The notes below the pieces were generated by a model. It was not told where the DNA came from, searched no databases, and saw only the letters and a program-made list of their open reading frames with translations. The position numbers were made by a program, and so were the translations under genes. A stretch of DNA of 64,000 nt from an uncultured cyanobacterium (GTDB lineage Bacteria > Cyanobacteriota > Cyanobacteriia > Cyanobacteriales > Cyanobacteriaceae), in contig CAVQBA010000006.1 in assembly GCA_963710605.1 (NCBI GenBank), positions 256,001-320,000 of the forward strand. Reading direction: 5' to 3'. Numbering within the stretch: the stretch's first letter is position 1; each line of letters opens with the position of its first letter. Positions 8,094 to 18,552 of this stretch are shown one piece after another.

Positions 8094-8834
8094 ATGGAAT
8101 TACATTTATGTACTTGGCAAGAAGTAGAAAATTATCTCAACAGTTCAGATAGTATTATTATACCGATCGGTTCTACAGAACAGCATGGTCCGACTGGATT
8201 AATTGGTACTGATGCTATTTGTGCTTATAAAGTAGCTATAGGAGTAGGAGAAAAAGCTAACGCCTTAGTTGCCCCGACGATGAATGTGGGGATGGCACTT
8301 CATCATACGGCTTTCCCCGGTAGTATTAGTTTACGCCCCACTACCTTAATTCTTTATATCCAAGATTATATTACCTCTTTAGCTAAAGCAGGTTTTCGTA
8401 AATTCTTTTTTATCAATGGGCATGGTGGTAATGTAGCTACATTAAGAGCGGCTTTTTCGCAAATATACGATCATTTAGATGGTTTAAATATAACTAATTC
8501 TGAACAAGTTAAATGTAAAGTAGCAAATTGGTATATGGGTAGGGAAGTTTATCAATTAGCAAAAAGCTTGTATGGTAAGGAAGAAGGCTCTCATGCTACC
8601 CCTTCTGAAGTTGCTTTAACTCAATATGTTTATCCAGAAGAAATTAAAACAGCTACCCTAAACCCAGAAGTATCAAAAGGTTATGCTATTTATGGAGCAA
8701 AGAGCTTTCGTAAAAGTTACCCAGATGGTAGAATGGGATCAAATCCCGCTTTGGCTACTCCTGAACACGGTCAACAATTCTACGAGTTGGCAGTAAAAGA
8801 ATTAACTCAAAGTTACGGGGAATTTATTCAATAA
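8094..8834 (+). CDS. Creatininase family protein
   Basis: P.GSTEQHGP...GTD, NGHGGN, HA...E. Confidence 0.9.
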   Translation: MELHLCTWQEVENYLNSSDSIIIPIGSTEQHGPTGLIGTDAICAYKVAIGVGEKANALVAPTMNVGMALHHTAFPGSISLRPTTLILYIQDYITSLAKAGFRKFFFINGHGGNVATLRAAFSQIYDHLDGLNITNSEQVKCKVANWYMGREVYQLAKSLYGKEEGSHATPSEVALTQYVYPEEIKTATLNPEVSKGYAIYGAKSFRKSYPDGRMGSNPALATPEHGQQFYELAVKELTQSYGEFIQ

Positions 8835-8869
8835 ATTTAGACATTTTTTCATCACCAGACTTTCATCAT

Positions 8870-9685
8870 ATGAAACCATATTTGGCGGCGGCGGTTTGCA
8901 TGACTAGTACTCCTGATATAGATCATAATCTAGCTCAGGCGGAAGAATTAATCGAGTTAGCAGTAAATCAAGGGGCAAAACTAATCGGTTTACCAGAAAA
9001 TTTTTCTTTTTTAGGTGAAGACGATGACAAAATTGCTCAAGCAAAAACGATCGTTTCTCGAAGCGAAAAGTTTCTCACTCAGATGTCACGGCGTTATCAG
9101 GTAACTATCCTTGGTGGTGGTTTTCCTGCTACTGTAGCAGACGATCATTCTAAAGTATCTAATACAGCAGTATTAGTTTCTCCTGATGGTTCGCAATTAG
9201 CTCGTTATCACAAGGTACATTTATTTGATGCTGATATGCCTGATGGTAATCATTATCAAGAATCTAGTTCGGTGATGGCAGGAGACAAATTACCTGATGT
9301 TTGTGATGCTGGAGATTTGGGTAAGTTAGGTTTTTCGATTTGTTATGATGTCCGTTTTCCTGAATTATTTCGTCATTTATCTGAGCAAGGGGCAGAAATA
9401 ATCTTTATCCCTGCGGCTTTCACCGCTTTTACTGGAAAAGATCATTGGCAAGTATTATTACAAGCAAGAGCGATCGAAAATACTAGTTATGTGATTGCCC
9501 CTGCCCAAACAGGTAATCATTATGGTCGTCGTTGTAGCCACGGTCATGCTATGATTATCGATCCTTGGGGTTGTATTCTCAAAAGCACTGGCACACAAAT
9601 TGGCATCGCTTTGGCTGAAATTAATCCACAACGATTACAACAAGTAAGAAAACAAATGCCTTGTTTACAACACCGAGTGTTTTGA
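8870..9685 (+). CDS. Carbon-nitrogen hydrolase, Nit1/deaminated glutathione amidase-like
   Basis: LPENF, YHKVHLFD, ICYDVRFPE catalytic triad; ARAIEN. Confidence 0.9.
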   Translation: MKPYLAAAVCMTSTPDIDHNLAQAEELIELAVNQGAKLIGLPENFSFLGEDDDKIAQAKTIVSRSEKFLTQMSRRYQVTILGGGFPATVADDHSKVSNTAVLVSPDGSQLARYHKVHLFDADMPDGNHYQESSSVMAGDKLPDVCDAGDLGKLGFSICYDVRFPELFRHLSEQGAEIIFIPAAFTAFTGKDHWQVLLQARAIENTSYVIAPAQTGNHYGRRCSHGHAMIIDPWGCILKSTGTQIGIALAEINPQRLQQVRKQMPCLQHRVF

Positions 9686-9760
9686 GTAAGGAGTAAGGAG
9701 TAATGAGTAATGAGTAATGAGTTAATTGTTAATTGTTAATTGCTTTATTGTTAATTGCTT
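9684..9760. repeat. STRR-like heptamer repeats between convergent genes, running into the nnr 3' end
   Basis: GAGTAAG/GAGTAAT units followed by TTAATTG units. Confidence 0.8.
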
Positions 9761-11302
9761 TATTGCTTTAACAATGTAATCAGCTAAAGTCACTCCATCA
9801 ACTCCCATTTCGCTGACATCTTCAACTGCTAAAATACCTGCTTGTTGATGTAACCATGCGGCTAGGGCTACCATATCAGCAACAGAATATTTAGTATAAT
9901 CTCCTTGAGAAACTAAAGCACAAATCAAACCACTGAGTACATCTCCATTTCCTCCTCTGGCTAAAGCGGGTGTACTCTTATTTATTACCCATGTATGTCC
10001 ACCTCGATCGCAAATCATAGTTTTAGCACCTTTAAGTAAAATAATACAATTTGCTTCTCTAGAGGCTTGTTGTACACCCTGTAAACGATTTTTGGTTAAA
10101 TCAATGTCAGGAAATAACCGTTTAAATTCTCCTTCATGAGGAGTAAGTATAGTAATACCTTGGCGTTGAGACAACAATGAGTAAACATTTTCTTCGGCTA
10201 AAAGATTTAAACCATCCGCATCAATTAATAATGTATTTTGACTAGCTAAAAGTTGTCCGACAAATTGACGGGCTAGAGATGTTACCTCACGAGAAAAACC
10301 CATCCCAAAACCAATCACGTCATATTTAGATAAATCATCAGGATGAATCGGAATTGTATTCATCTCTCCTGTATTTGTTTCGTTACTACCAATTACTAAT
10401 GCCATAGGAATATTTTGATTAATCAATGGTTTTACTGAGGAGGGAACAACCATGGTTAACATCCCCACACCGCCACTATTTGCTCCATATCCAGAGAGTA
10501 ATGCCGCTCCTGCATACCTAGCAGAGCCACAAATTAAAGCGATGTTTCCTTGGCGATATTTATGGGTATTGACACGGCGAGGTAATGGTAAGATTGCTTT
10601 GGCTTTTGTCGGGGTAATCAATTCTACTGCTGTACGAGGATTGATGAATTCGGTAACAACATGATCAGGAATACCAATATCAATTAAATACGAATTACCG
10701 ATGTATTCAACGGCGTTGTCTTGAAATAAACCGATTTTCCATAATCCTAAACAAAATGTATCTGTGGCTTTGATCGCAATTCCTTGTACTGTACCTGTAT
10801 CACTATTAATTCCTGATGGAATATCAATACTAACTACTGGTTGTGATAATTGATTAACAAATTCGATATCTTGAAATAGTCTTCCTTCGATCGATCGTTG
10901 TAAGCCGAAACCTAATAAACTATCAATGATAAAATTACACTGCTGTAACTCTTCTATCTGTTGAACAAAATTAAGCCCTAGAAATTGAGCATAATTAAGA
11001 TGTTGTAAGGTTAAATTTTTTGATTTATTCGCTAGAGGTGCATATAAATAAACATCATAACCATTAAGATGTAATTCTCTGGCAATTACCAAACCATCTC
11101 CACCATTATGACCACAACCAACAATTATGCCCACTTTATCATATTTGTTTTGAGGATATAATTGTTCAATTTTTTGGCTTGACAAAAGTGCAACTTTCTC
11201 CATTAAACTCGCTATAGGCATTTGATGAGCAAATAGTTGGTTCTCTATTTGTTGCATTTGTTGTGTGGTAACGATCGTTTGTGTTATGGTTGTTTTTCTC
11301 AT
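9722..11302 (-). CDS. nnr: Bifunctional NAD(P)H-hydrate epimerase/dehydratase
   Basis: G.GHNGGDG, DIPSG, IDADGLN, LTPHEGEF.RL, LARGG.GDVLSG. Confidence 0.92.
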   Translation of the reverse strand: MRKTTITQTIVTTQQMQQIENQLFAHQMPIASLMEKVALLSSQKIEQLYPQNKYDKVGIIVGCGHNGGDGLVIARELHLNGYDVYLYAPLANKSKNLTLQHLNYAQFLGLNFVQQIEELQQCNFIIDSLLGFGLQRSIEGRLFQDIEFVNQLSQPVVSIDIPSGINSDTGTVQGIAIKATDTFCLGLWKIGLFQDNAVEYIGNSYLIDIGIPDHVVTEFINPRTAVELITPTKAKAILPLPRRVNTHKYRQGNIALICGSARYAGAALLSGYGANSGGVGMLTMVVPSSVKPLINQNIPMALVIGSNETNTGEMNTIPIHPDDLSKYDVIGFGMGFSREVTSLARQFVGQLLASQNTLLIDADGLNLLAEENVYSLLSQRQGITILTPHEGEFKRLFPDIDLTKNRLQGVQQASREANCIILLKGAKTMICDRGGHTWVINKSTPALARGGNGDVLSGLICALVSQGDYTKYSVADMVALAAWLHQQAGILAVEDVSEMGVDGVTLADYIVKAIKQLTIKQLTINN

Positions 11303-11704
11303 TTTCGGGCTTAATCAGCTTTACCTTTTCTGCAAGTATTATCCTCTATTCAAAAGTTATTGATTCTAATTAATTTTGATTAGAATATCCTTTTGATTAA
11401 AGAATAAATAATTTGTTTTAAATTTGTAGTTAATTTTACTTTTATTGTAAAATTTTGTTACAAAATTATCGTTATAGATTCAAATTAAAACTTTATCAAG
11501 ACTTTACACAAAATACTAGTATTTATTGCCGAAAAAGAAGTAATGAATGCTATCTTAAAAATAGCAAATTCAAACACGAATCAATTAATTAAAGTTATTA
11601 AAACTAAAAAGTAGGTATTGAAATAAATACTTTCTTGAGTAATTTGTCGGTATGACCCAAACAATAACAATTAAGAAAAGAAGTAGAAACCATCAGGGGA
11701 GGAA

Positions 11705-12907
11705 ATGAATAGTAGTAGTACAATAGCGTTACAAAAAATACTCCAATCCCTAAGAGGAAAAAAGTTTACAGGCAGAATAGATATTAAGCAAAGTGACGGG
11801 CAACAGTGGCATATTTATCTGTGTTTAAGTCGTTTGGTATGGGCTGATGGTGGTTATCATCCTTTAAGAGAATGGAATAGATTACTAATTAAGTATTTTC
11901 CTGAATTAGATCATCAATTATTAGATTTAGAAAAAGCCAAAAAATACGAGTGTTGGAATTATTATTTGATAATCTCTTTATTACAAAGATTTTTAATTAC
12001 TAAAACACAAGCATATAGTTTAATTAAAACTAAAATAAAACAAACTTTATTAGATATTTATCAAGCTGAAGTTAATGATCAAGTTACTTATAAAATTATT
12101 GAATTAGAAAATAATTTTTCTGTAGAATCAGGGTTACGAATATCGATCGCTCTTTTTACGATCGATAAATTATTAGTTGAAACAGAAACTCAATGGCATA
12201 TGTGGCAAAAATTAGATTTAATTCCTTGGAATCCACATTCAGCACCAACAATTAGAAATCATGTTTTACTCAAACAACAGTTTCAAAATCAAGAAAAAAC
12301 ATATCAAAGATTAGTTTCTTTATTTAACGGTCAATTTACTTTAATTGAATTAGCCGATAAATTAAATTTAAATTTACTTAAACTAATGGTTTGGTTTAAA
12401 CCTTATTTTGAAAGTGGAATTGTTGAATTAGTACCAATTATCGATCGCCAAAATAAAGCTAATTTGATTGGAGTTAATAATAATAATCAAATTACTAAAC
12501 CAACTTCTCAACAATTAATTGTTTGTATTGATGACAGTATTCAAATTTGTGAGATAATGCAACATATCATCACCGAAGCAGGTTATCAATTTTTTTCAAT
12601 TCAAGATCCTCTCAAAGCTTTACCAATATTAATTAAAAGAAAACCAGATTTAATTTTACTCGATTTAGTGATGCCGATCGTTAATGGTTACGAAATTTGT
12701 ACCCAAATTCGTCGTGTCTCTGCTTTACAAAATATTCCTGTAATTATTTTAACGGGTAATGATGGTATGATCGATCGACTCAGAAGTAAAATGGTAGGGG
12801 CGAATGGCTTTTTAAGTAAACCAATCGATCAAGAAAAACTATTAAGTAAAATCAAATCTGTCTTAACAATCGCTTCAACGAGTGATTCGCCGACTCAATT
12901 AAGATAA
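11705..12907 (+). CDS. PatA-family response regulator (PATAN + C-terminal receiver)
   Basis: N-terminal FTGRIDI..W.IY...RL.WA.GG; C-terminal CIDDS, LLDLVMP..NGYEIC, FLSKP. Confidence 0.85.
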   Translation: MNSSSTIALQKILQSLRGKKFTGRIDIKQSDGQQWHIYLCLSRLVWADGGYHPLREWNRLLIKYFPELDHQLLDLEKAKKYECWNYYLIISLLQRFLITKTQAYSLIKTKIKQTLLDIYQAEVNDQVTYKIIELENNFSVESGLRISIALFTIDKLLVETETQWHMWQKLDLIPWNPHSAPTIRNHVLLKQQFQNQEKTYQRLVSLFNGQFTLIELADKLNLNLLKLMVWFKPYFESGIVELVPIIDRQNKANLIGVNNNNQITKPTSQQLIVCIDDSIQICEIMQHIITEAGYQFFSIQDPLKALPILIKRKPDLILLDLVMPIVNGYEICTQIRRVSALQNIPVIILTGNDGMIDRLRSKMVGANGFLSKPIDQEKLLSKIKSVLTIASTSDSPTQLR

Positions 12908-12996
12908 AGCCAAAAGCAAAATATTGTCACAGATAATTGATTATAGTTACAATGGTAAAATTGTCTAATAATTAAAATTACTATTTTTTAAAATTC

Positions 12997-13179
12997 ATGG
13001 CTGTACCAAAGAAGAAAACATCGAAATCTAAACGTAATCAACGTAGGGCACATTGGTTTAAAAAAGCCGAAAAAGAAGCTCAAAAAGCATTATCTTTAGG
13101 TAAATCAGTATTAACAGGAAACTCAAATAGTTTTGTTTATCCTACTAAAGACGACGACGAAGATGAAACTGAAGAATAA
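12997..13179 (+). CDS. rpmF: 50S ribosomal protein L32
   Basis: [20 protein letters not shown]. Confidence 0.97.
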   Translation: MAVPKKKTSKSKRNQRRAHWFKKAEKEAQKALSLGKSVLTGNSNSFVYPTKDDDEDETEE

Positions 13180-13227
13180 CTATCAATTGTGAATTAGTAA
13201 ATAACAGCAATTGAATATCTTTAATGA

Positions 13228-13258
13228 GGTGCATCATGTTTTGCACCCTTATTTTTAT
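13228..13258 (+). terminator. Possible intrinsic terminator after rpmF
   Basis: GGTGCA...TGCACC stem followed by a T-rich tract. Confidence 0.45.
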
Positions 13259-13305
13259 CGAAAAATTACGGGTTTTAAACCCCGAATCACCCCCCTTTCA
13301 AAGGG

Positions 13306-13497
13306 CAGGGCTGTTTTATTCAAAGGAAGAAAAAAATAGCTATCTGCTCAAAACAAATAGCTAGAAGCTATTACTACATACAATACGATCGATCGAGAGT
13401 GGTTACATTGTGTTTTTACTATAGGAAAAAAACAGCTACATTTACTGCTATTTCTGGCGTTGTATAAGTTACAAAATTTGACAATGAATCAGCCCTG
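13306..13497. mobile_element. MITE of about 192 bp, ends reminiscent of ISAs1-family elements
   Basis: Terminal inverted repeats CAGGGCTGTTTTATT / AATGAATCAGCCCTG; imperfect flanking duplication CTTTCAAAGGG / CTTTACAAAGGG; no ORF. Confidence 0.7.
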
Positions 13498-13689
13498 CTT
13501 TACAAAGGGGTTGCACGAGTGCCCTTTGCCCTTTGCCCTTTGTTGACAAGTAGATATTGTAAAAGGTAATGAAATACAGATAATTAATAATTTACTGTTT
13601 AACTACTACTGATTAACGATTGCTTCTAAATCATGTCTTTTAAATTCTGTCTCCTACCTTCATAATAAATAAATGTTTTTACTGAGGCA

Positions 13690-14265
13690 TCAGTTATTAA
13701 GATTAAGATAATCTTCAGGTGTATTGCAGTTAAACAAAATAGTTTGATTATCAATTGAGATAGGAGTTACCTTAACGTTTTTTAACCAAGATTGAAAAGA
13801 TTTGCCCCCCGTGTTAAGGTATTGCTCAATAGAAGAAAGACAATTACGACGATAAAAACCACATAAACATTCCCATCGATTTTGATTATTTACTAGAAAA
13901 GCAACTGAATCTGGTGGTAATTGTTCTAGCTCATTGATCCAGTTTTCGATCGGTGCTAAATTAAAATAAGGTAAATCACAAGCTAATAACAACACCCATT
14001 GAGTTTGTATATGTGTTAATCCTTGGCTAAAAGCTGATAAAGGACCTTGAAATTTTTTAGCTTCGGTAATAAACTGACAATTATCGTCAACTAAATCTTG
14101 ATATTTTTCCTGCCATGGTGTAACGATATAAACTTGTTGGCTGAATTGATTTGCTTGTTGATAAATATGGCTTAAAAAAGATTTTCCTTCTATACTTAAT
14201 AAAGCTTTATCTTTCCCCATACGAGAGCTTTTTCCACCTGCTAAGATAATTGTTTCAATTTTCAT
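13690..14265 (-). CDS. mobA: Molybdenum cofactor guanylyltransferase
   Basis: ILAGGKSSRMGKDKALL, GPL, LACDLP, FNCNTPED. Confidence 0.93.
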   Translation of the reverse strand: MKIETIILAGGKSSRMGKDKALLSIEGKSFLSHIYQQANQFSQQVYIVTPWQEKYQDLVDDNCQFITEAKKFQGPLSAFSQGLTHIQTQWVLLLACDLPYFNLAPIENWINELEQLPPDSVAFLVNNQNRWECLCGFYRRNCLSSIEQYLNTGGKSFQSWLKNVKVTPISIDNQTILFNCNTPEDYLNLNN

Positions 14266-14591
14266 AAATAATTTAAATACAATAAAAACAATTGTGCCTT
14301 AAATAACTATCAATCCCTTATTCCGATTCAAAATAGTATAGTTAAAAACAAAAGAAAGTAAAACCTCAGAAAACTTATGAGCAAACGATTAGACAACAAA
14401 ACTGATAACTATAGTTTGACTAAATAATTGAGGAGAAAAAGTTATACCAAATCAAAAACTAAACAATAGGGTAACACTGTAACCAACAATTTGACAATAG
14501 AGATATTAAATTATTAATTATCTTTACCCGATACCTTTTTTTCAAAATTAATTGTCTATAATAAAAACTGACTTCACACAAGCCTAAAGCA

Positions 14592-16055
14592 ATGAATAAT
14601 TATCCAGATTTAAGTAGCACCAACTACTCCATAATTAGAGAATTAGGGCGAAACTCTGAAGGTGGTAGAGTTAGTTATTTAGCTACCGAAAACGATCGAC
14701 AAGTAGTGATTAAGCAATTCCGCTTTTTTACAGGTGAGAGTGATTGGCATGGATTTAAAGTATATGAAACAGAAGTAAATATTCTCAAAGAATTAAACCA
14801 TCCGCGCATACCTACATATATAGATTCATTTGAAACAGATGACGGTTTTTGTTTAGTACAAGAATATAAAGATGCACCTTCAATTGCAACTTTAAAAGAT
14901 TTGACTCCTCAAATAGTTCAGAAAATTGCTATTTCGATTTTAGAAATTTTAGAAGATTTACAATCAAGAAAACCTGCTATTATTCATCGAGATTTGAAAC
15001 CCGAAAATATCTTAGTAGATACTGATTATAATGCTTATTTAATTGATTTTGGTTTAGCTAAAAAACCAGACCAAAATATTGCTATTAGTAGTATGGCGAT
15101 GGGAACGCCGGGTTTTATGCCCCCAGAAGAAGTGTTTAGTCGTAGTGTAACTTCTGCATCCGATCTTTACAGTTTAGGAGCAACTTTAATTGGATTATTA
15201 ACTAATACTCCCTCGATCGAAATTAGTAGTTTAATTAATGATAATTATCGCTTTTATTTTCAAGATCAATTAGGAGAAATTAATCCTTTATTTGTAAATT
15301 GGTTAACCCTGATGGTTGAACCTAATCCGAAGAATAGATTTCCCAATGCAACTACAGCTTTAAAAGCAATTAAATCGATCGATATTGATAATTACGATCG
15401 ATACGATTCTTCTGTCTCTAATAAACCTAATAGTTTATTAATTGGCTCTAGGATTGTTATTGGCTTGGTTGTGAGTGCAAATATTTGGGGTAATTATATT
15501 GCTCCATCTTCTTCACCTAAAGTTACTACACAAAACCGATCGTTCAACCAAAAAGTTCATTTAGCACCAGATTCTGCACAGCAATGGTTTAAAACTATTA
15601 AACCTCAATGTAATTCAGTTGAGATTGGTACTACAATTGGTAATTTTCCACCTCCACAAACTACAGGCGGAATTGGTTACGCCAGTGCATGTTATGCTTT
15701 AGCTGGAAAAATTGAAGTAGCCGATCAATTAATTCAGTCTTTACCGCAAACTCAACAAGCTAAAGCGGCTAATATTGTCTTTAATATCGGACATCCTATT
15801 GCCGATGCGGGTGATGATGAGTCAGCAGGGGCAATTATGAATTTAGTTGTTAAATACCAACCTAACAATTATATGGCGTTGTATCATGCAGGAATGTCAG
15901 CTTATATTCTTGGTGATTTAACAATGTCGAAACAACATCTAGAGTCTTTTCTCGATATTTATAGTTGTAATAATCGTTGGCGACAAAATGCTTTGGAAAT
16001 TCTCGATCAGCCGAAGGCTGGCGCTGCGCGATCGTATTTGATCAATAATGGATAA
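14592..16055 (+). CDS. Membrane-anchored Ser/Thr protein kinase with TPR-like C-terminal domain
   Basis: VVIK, HRDLKPENI, IDFGLA, GTPGFMPPE, SDLYSLG; one hydrophobic segment; helical C-terminus. Confidence 0.92.
   Translation: MNNYPDLSSTNYSIIRELGRNSEGGRVSYLATENDRQVVIKQFRFFTGESDWHGFKVYETEVNILKELNHPRIPTYIDSFETDDGFCLVQEYKDAPSIATLKDLTPQIVQKIAISILEILEDLQSRKPAIIHRDLKPENILVDTDYNAYLIDFGLAKKPDQNIAISSMAMGTPGFMPPEEVFSRSVTSASDLYSLGATLIGLLTNTPSIEISSLINDNYRFYFQDQLGEINPLFVNWLTLMVEPNPKNRFPNATTALKAIKSIDIDNYDRYDSSVSNKPNSLLIGSRIVIGLVVSANIWGNYIAPSSSPKVTTQNRSFNQKVHLAPDSAQQWFKTIKPQCNSVEIGTTIGNFPPPQTTGGIGYASACYALAGKIEVADQLIQSLPQTQQAKAANIVFNIGHPIADAGDDESAGAIMNLVVKYQPNNYMALYHAGMSAYILGDLTMSKQHLESFLDIYSCNNRWRQNALEILDQPKAGAARSYLINNG
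16004..16034. mobile_element. 25-bp hairpin insertion at a CGATC(G) site (small dispersed repeat)
   Basis: CGATC-AGCCGAAGGCTGGCGCTGCG-CGATCG; GC-rich within an AT-rich gene; stem CAGCC/GGCTG. Confidence 0.7.
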
Positions 16056-16102
16056 TTAAAAATATTTTTGGCTATTTTCACTTCTTCACTTTTAACTTTT
16101 AA

Positions 16103-16120
16103 GGTGGGCATTGCCCACCT
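16103..16120. repeat. REP-like palindrome GGTGGGCATTGCCCACC between convergent genes
   Basis: Hairpin; related copy GGTGGGCTATGCCCACC near 37894-37910. Confidence 0.7.
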
Positions 16121-16158
16121 CTCTACGTCAATCTTATGATCAGGAATAAACAGAATTT

Positions 16159-17683
16159 TTAACCTTCGACTTTCAATTCTTTAATAGCGGGGCCGTGAAG
16201 AATTTTACCTGCGGTATCAAAACGTGAACCATGACAAGGGCAATCCCAACTTTTTTCAGCCGCATTCCAAGCCATAATACAGCCTAAGTGAGGACAAACA
16301 GCCGATACTTGGTGTAGTTCTCCTGTTTCGTCTCGGTAAGCACCAACTTTTTTAAGTCCTGCGGTAACTAGTTTTCCTTCGCCTATTTTCACGTCTTCGG
16401 GGCTTTCACCAAGGTTTTTAAAACGATCGCCTACCCAACGTGTACCAACATCTAAATTGTTTTTAATTGATGCTTTACTGACAAAAGGAGTGGCACGGGT
16501 GGAATCATAAAGCGTCGCCCATGAATTTTGTTGATTTAAAATTAAATCTTTTAATAACATCGCTGAAAGTGTACCGTTAGTCATTCCCCATAAACTAAAT
16601 CCTGTAGCGACATATGTATGTTTATGTAACGGTGTTAAATTACCGACATAAGGTACTTGATCGAATGATTTAAAATCTTGAGATGACCAATAATAATCGA
16701 TTTTTTCTACACCAAAATGTTCACGAGCATAATTACCCAAACGAGCAAAACGCTCTTCGGTATCGTCGGCTTCACCTACTTTATGCCCTTCACCACCGAT
16801 TAATAACAGAGTACCACCATCATCAGTAGGAGTTGTACGAATAGAGCGGTATTTATCTCCCGTGCCAATAAAGACTGCCGTTGTGGGTGCTTTGTCTGCA
16901 TCAATACGAGCACCGACTAAATAAGAGCGTTGCGGATGAGTTTTAGCAAAAAATAATCCTAAATCAAGAATAGGTAAATTAGTGGCAACAATTACATCAG
17001 TAGCGGTAATTGTCAATCCATCTACAGTTTTAACTTTGCAAGGCTCTTCACCATCAACAGTTTCAATGCGAGTTTGCTCGAATACATAAGAACCATCACC
17101 ATCAATTTTAGCCGCTAAAGCAAGTAAGTATTTACGTGGATGGAATTGGGCTTGATTGGTAAATTTAACCGCTCCTAAGACAGGAAATGGGAGGGGGACT
17201 TCATCGACAAAAGATGCCGGTAAACCAAGGGATTGAGCGGCTTCTACTTCTTTTTTTACTTTCTCTAAAGTGTCAGGAGATGTGGCAAATGTATAGGCAT
17301 CTTTACGCTCAAAATCACAATCGATTGATTCTGTTTCAACTAAGGTAGCAATTTGTTCGATTGCCGCTTGATTAGATTCACCATATGCTCGTGCTTTTTC
17401 TTCTCCCATTTTGTCAATGAGTGTCGCATATTTGAGTTGATGTAAGGCAGTAACTTTCGCAGTTGTATGTCCAGAAGCACCTTGAGCAATACTGTCAGCT
17501 TCAATTAAAGCTACTTTTTTTTCCTGCTTTTTTTAATAAATAAGCGGCGGTAACACCCGCTATTCCAGCACCAACAATGGCAACGTCAATTTCTATATTT
17601 TCAGTTAAAGAAGGATAGGTAGAAGCAAGAGTAGAATCAATCCAAAAAGACTGATGACTGTCTAAAAATGAAGGTATAGTCAT
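16159..17683 (-). pseudogene. FAD-dependent oxidoreductase with C-terminal Rieske domain (YhfW-like), frameshifted
   Basis: VGAGIAG in 17501-17683 joins ORF 16159-17409 (CPHLGC...WDCPCHGSRF) if one base is removed from the T8 run at 17515-17522. Confidence 0.85.
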
Positions 17684-17735
17684 GGCTTAATACTATTTAT
17701 AGTCTATAAAGTTTTGAGTGAGGATAAATACTTGA

Positions 17736-17836
17736 AGTGCCAATCTTCTACCAAGACAATAAATGTCAGAAGTAAAATTACAGGTCGAGGTATATTTACG
17801 ACCGGGAATCAACTCTAGTAGAAGATCATTGGCACT
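17736..17836 (-). ncRNA. Candidate structured leader RNA (unassigned)
   Basis: Long closing stem enclosing 2-3 hairpins, about 50 nt upstream of the ATG at 17683. Confidence 0.3.
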
Positions 17837-18157
17837 ATAACGGGGCATATGTACTGATTATACAAAGGTAAATAAATTTTAATATCTAACTAAAGGAAGA
17901 TGAGGAGATTATCGAAAAACTCTGTTTTTTTGACAGTTAATTAAGAGACTAAATCATAAACATAAATATTGTTTCATCTATAAGACTGAAATTATGTCAC
18001 TATATTTAACTAATTTTTGAATTTTGACAAGGATAGGATAGTTAGTTTTTTAACTGATAATATCAAGTTAAATTTTAGAAACAAACGGAAAAGTTTGCTT
18101 TAAATACTAGTAAGTAATCAATTTACTTTTTCAATAGACTTCTGGCAAATTACTAAC

Positions 18158-18544
18158 ATGAAATCACTATTAATACCGATCGCAATTATTATTGGTGCAA
18201 CAATAGGTGCAATATCTCGTTTTTATTTAACTGAATGGACAAAAAGAGTTTGGGGCGATCGATTTGCTTACGGCACATTTATCGTGAATATCACAGGATG
18301 TTTGTTAATCGGTTTATTTTTTACTTTATCTACATCTATTAAAGGTTACTCTACAGAATTAGATATTTTAATCAGAACAGGTTTTTTAGGCTCTTTTACC
18401 ACATTTTCTACTTACAGTTGGGAGACTTTTATCCTTTGGCATGATCATAAAGTATTGAGTCTGTTTTACTCGTTGGCAAGTGCTATTTTTGGGATAGCTG
18501 CGGTTTATCTTGGTATTCTATTGGGTAGGTTATTTATTAATTAA
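18158..18544 (+). CDS. crcB: Fluoride channel Fluc/CrcB
   Basis: GA.SR, GTFIVNITGC, TGFLGSFTTFSTY. Confidence 0.93.
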   Translation: MKSLLIPIAIIIGATIGAISRFYLTEWTKRVWGDRFAYGTFIVNITGCLLIGLFFTLSTSIKGYSTELDILIRTGFLGSFTTFSTYSWETFILWHDHKVLSLFYSLASAIFGIAAVYLGILLGRLFIN

Positions 18545-18552
18545 AAAAGATT

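Noticed and set aside
11426-11439. NtcA box GTA-N8-TAC between nnr and the PatA-like gene
   Set aside because: The match is exact, but such short motifs arise often by chance in AT-rich spacers and there is no supporting context.
17700-18157. Fluoride riboswitch upstream of crcB
   Set aside because: No GATGG..TTC / TGA..CCT-type consensus is visible; the structure at 17736-17836 does not match.
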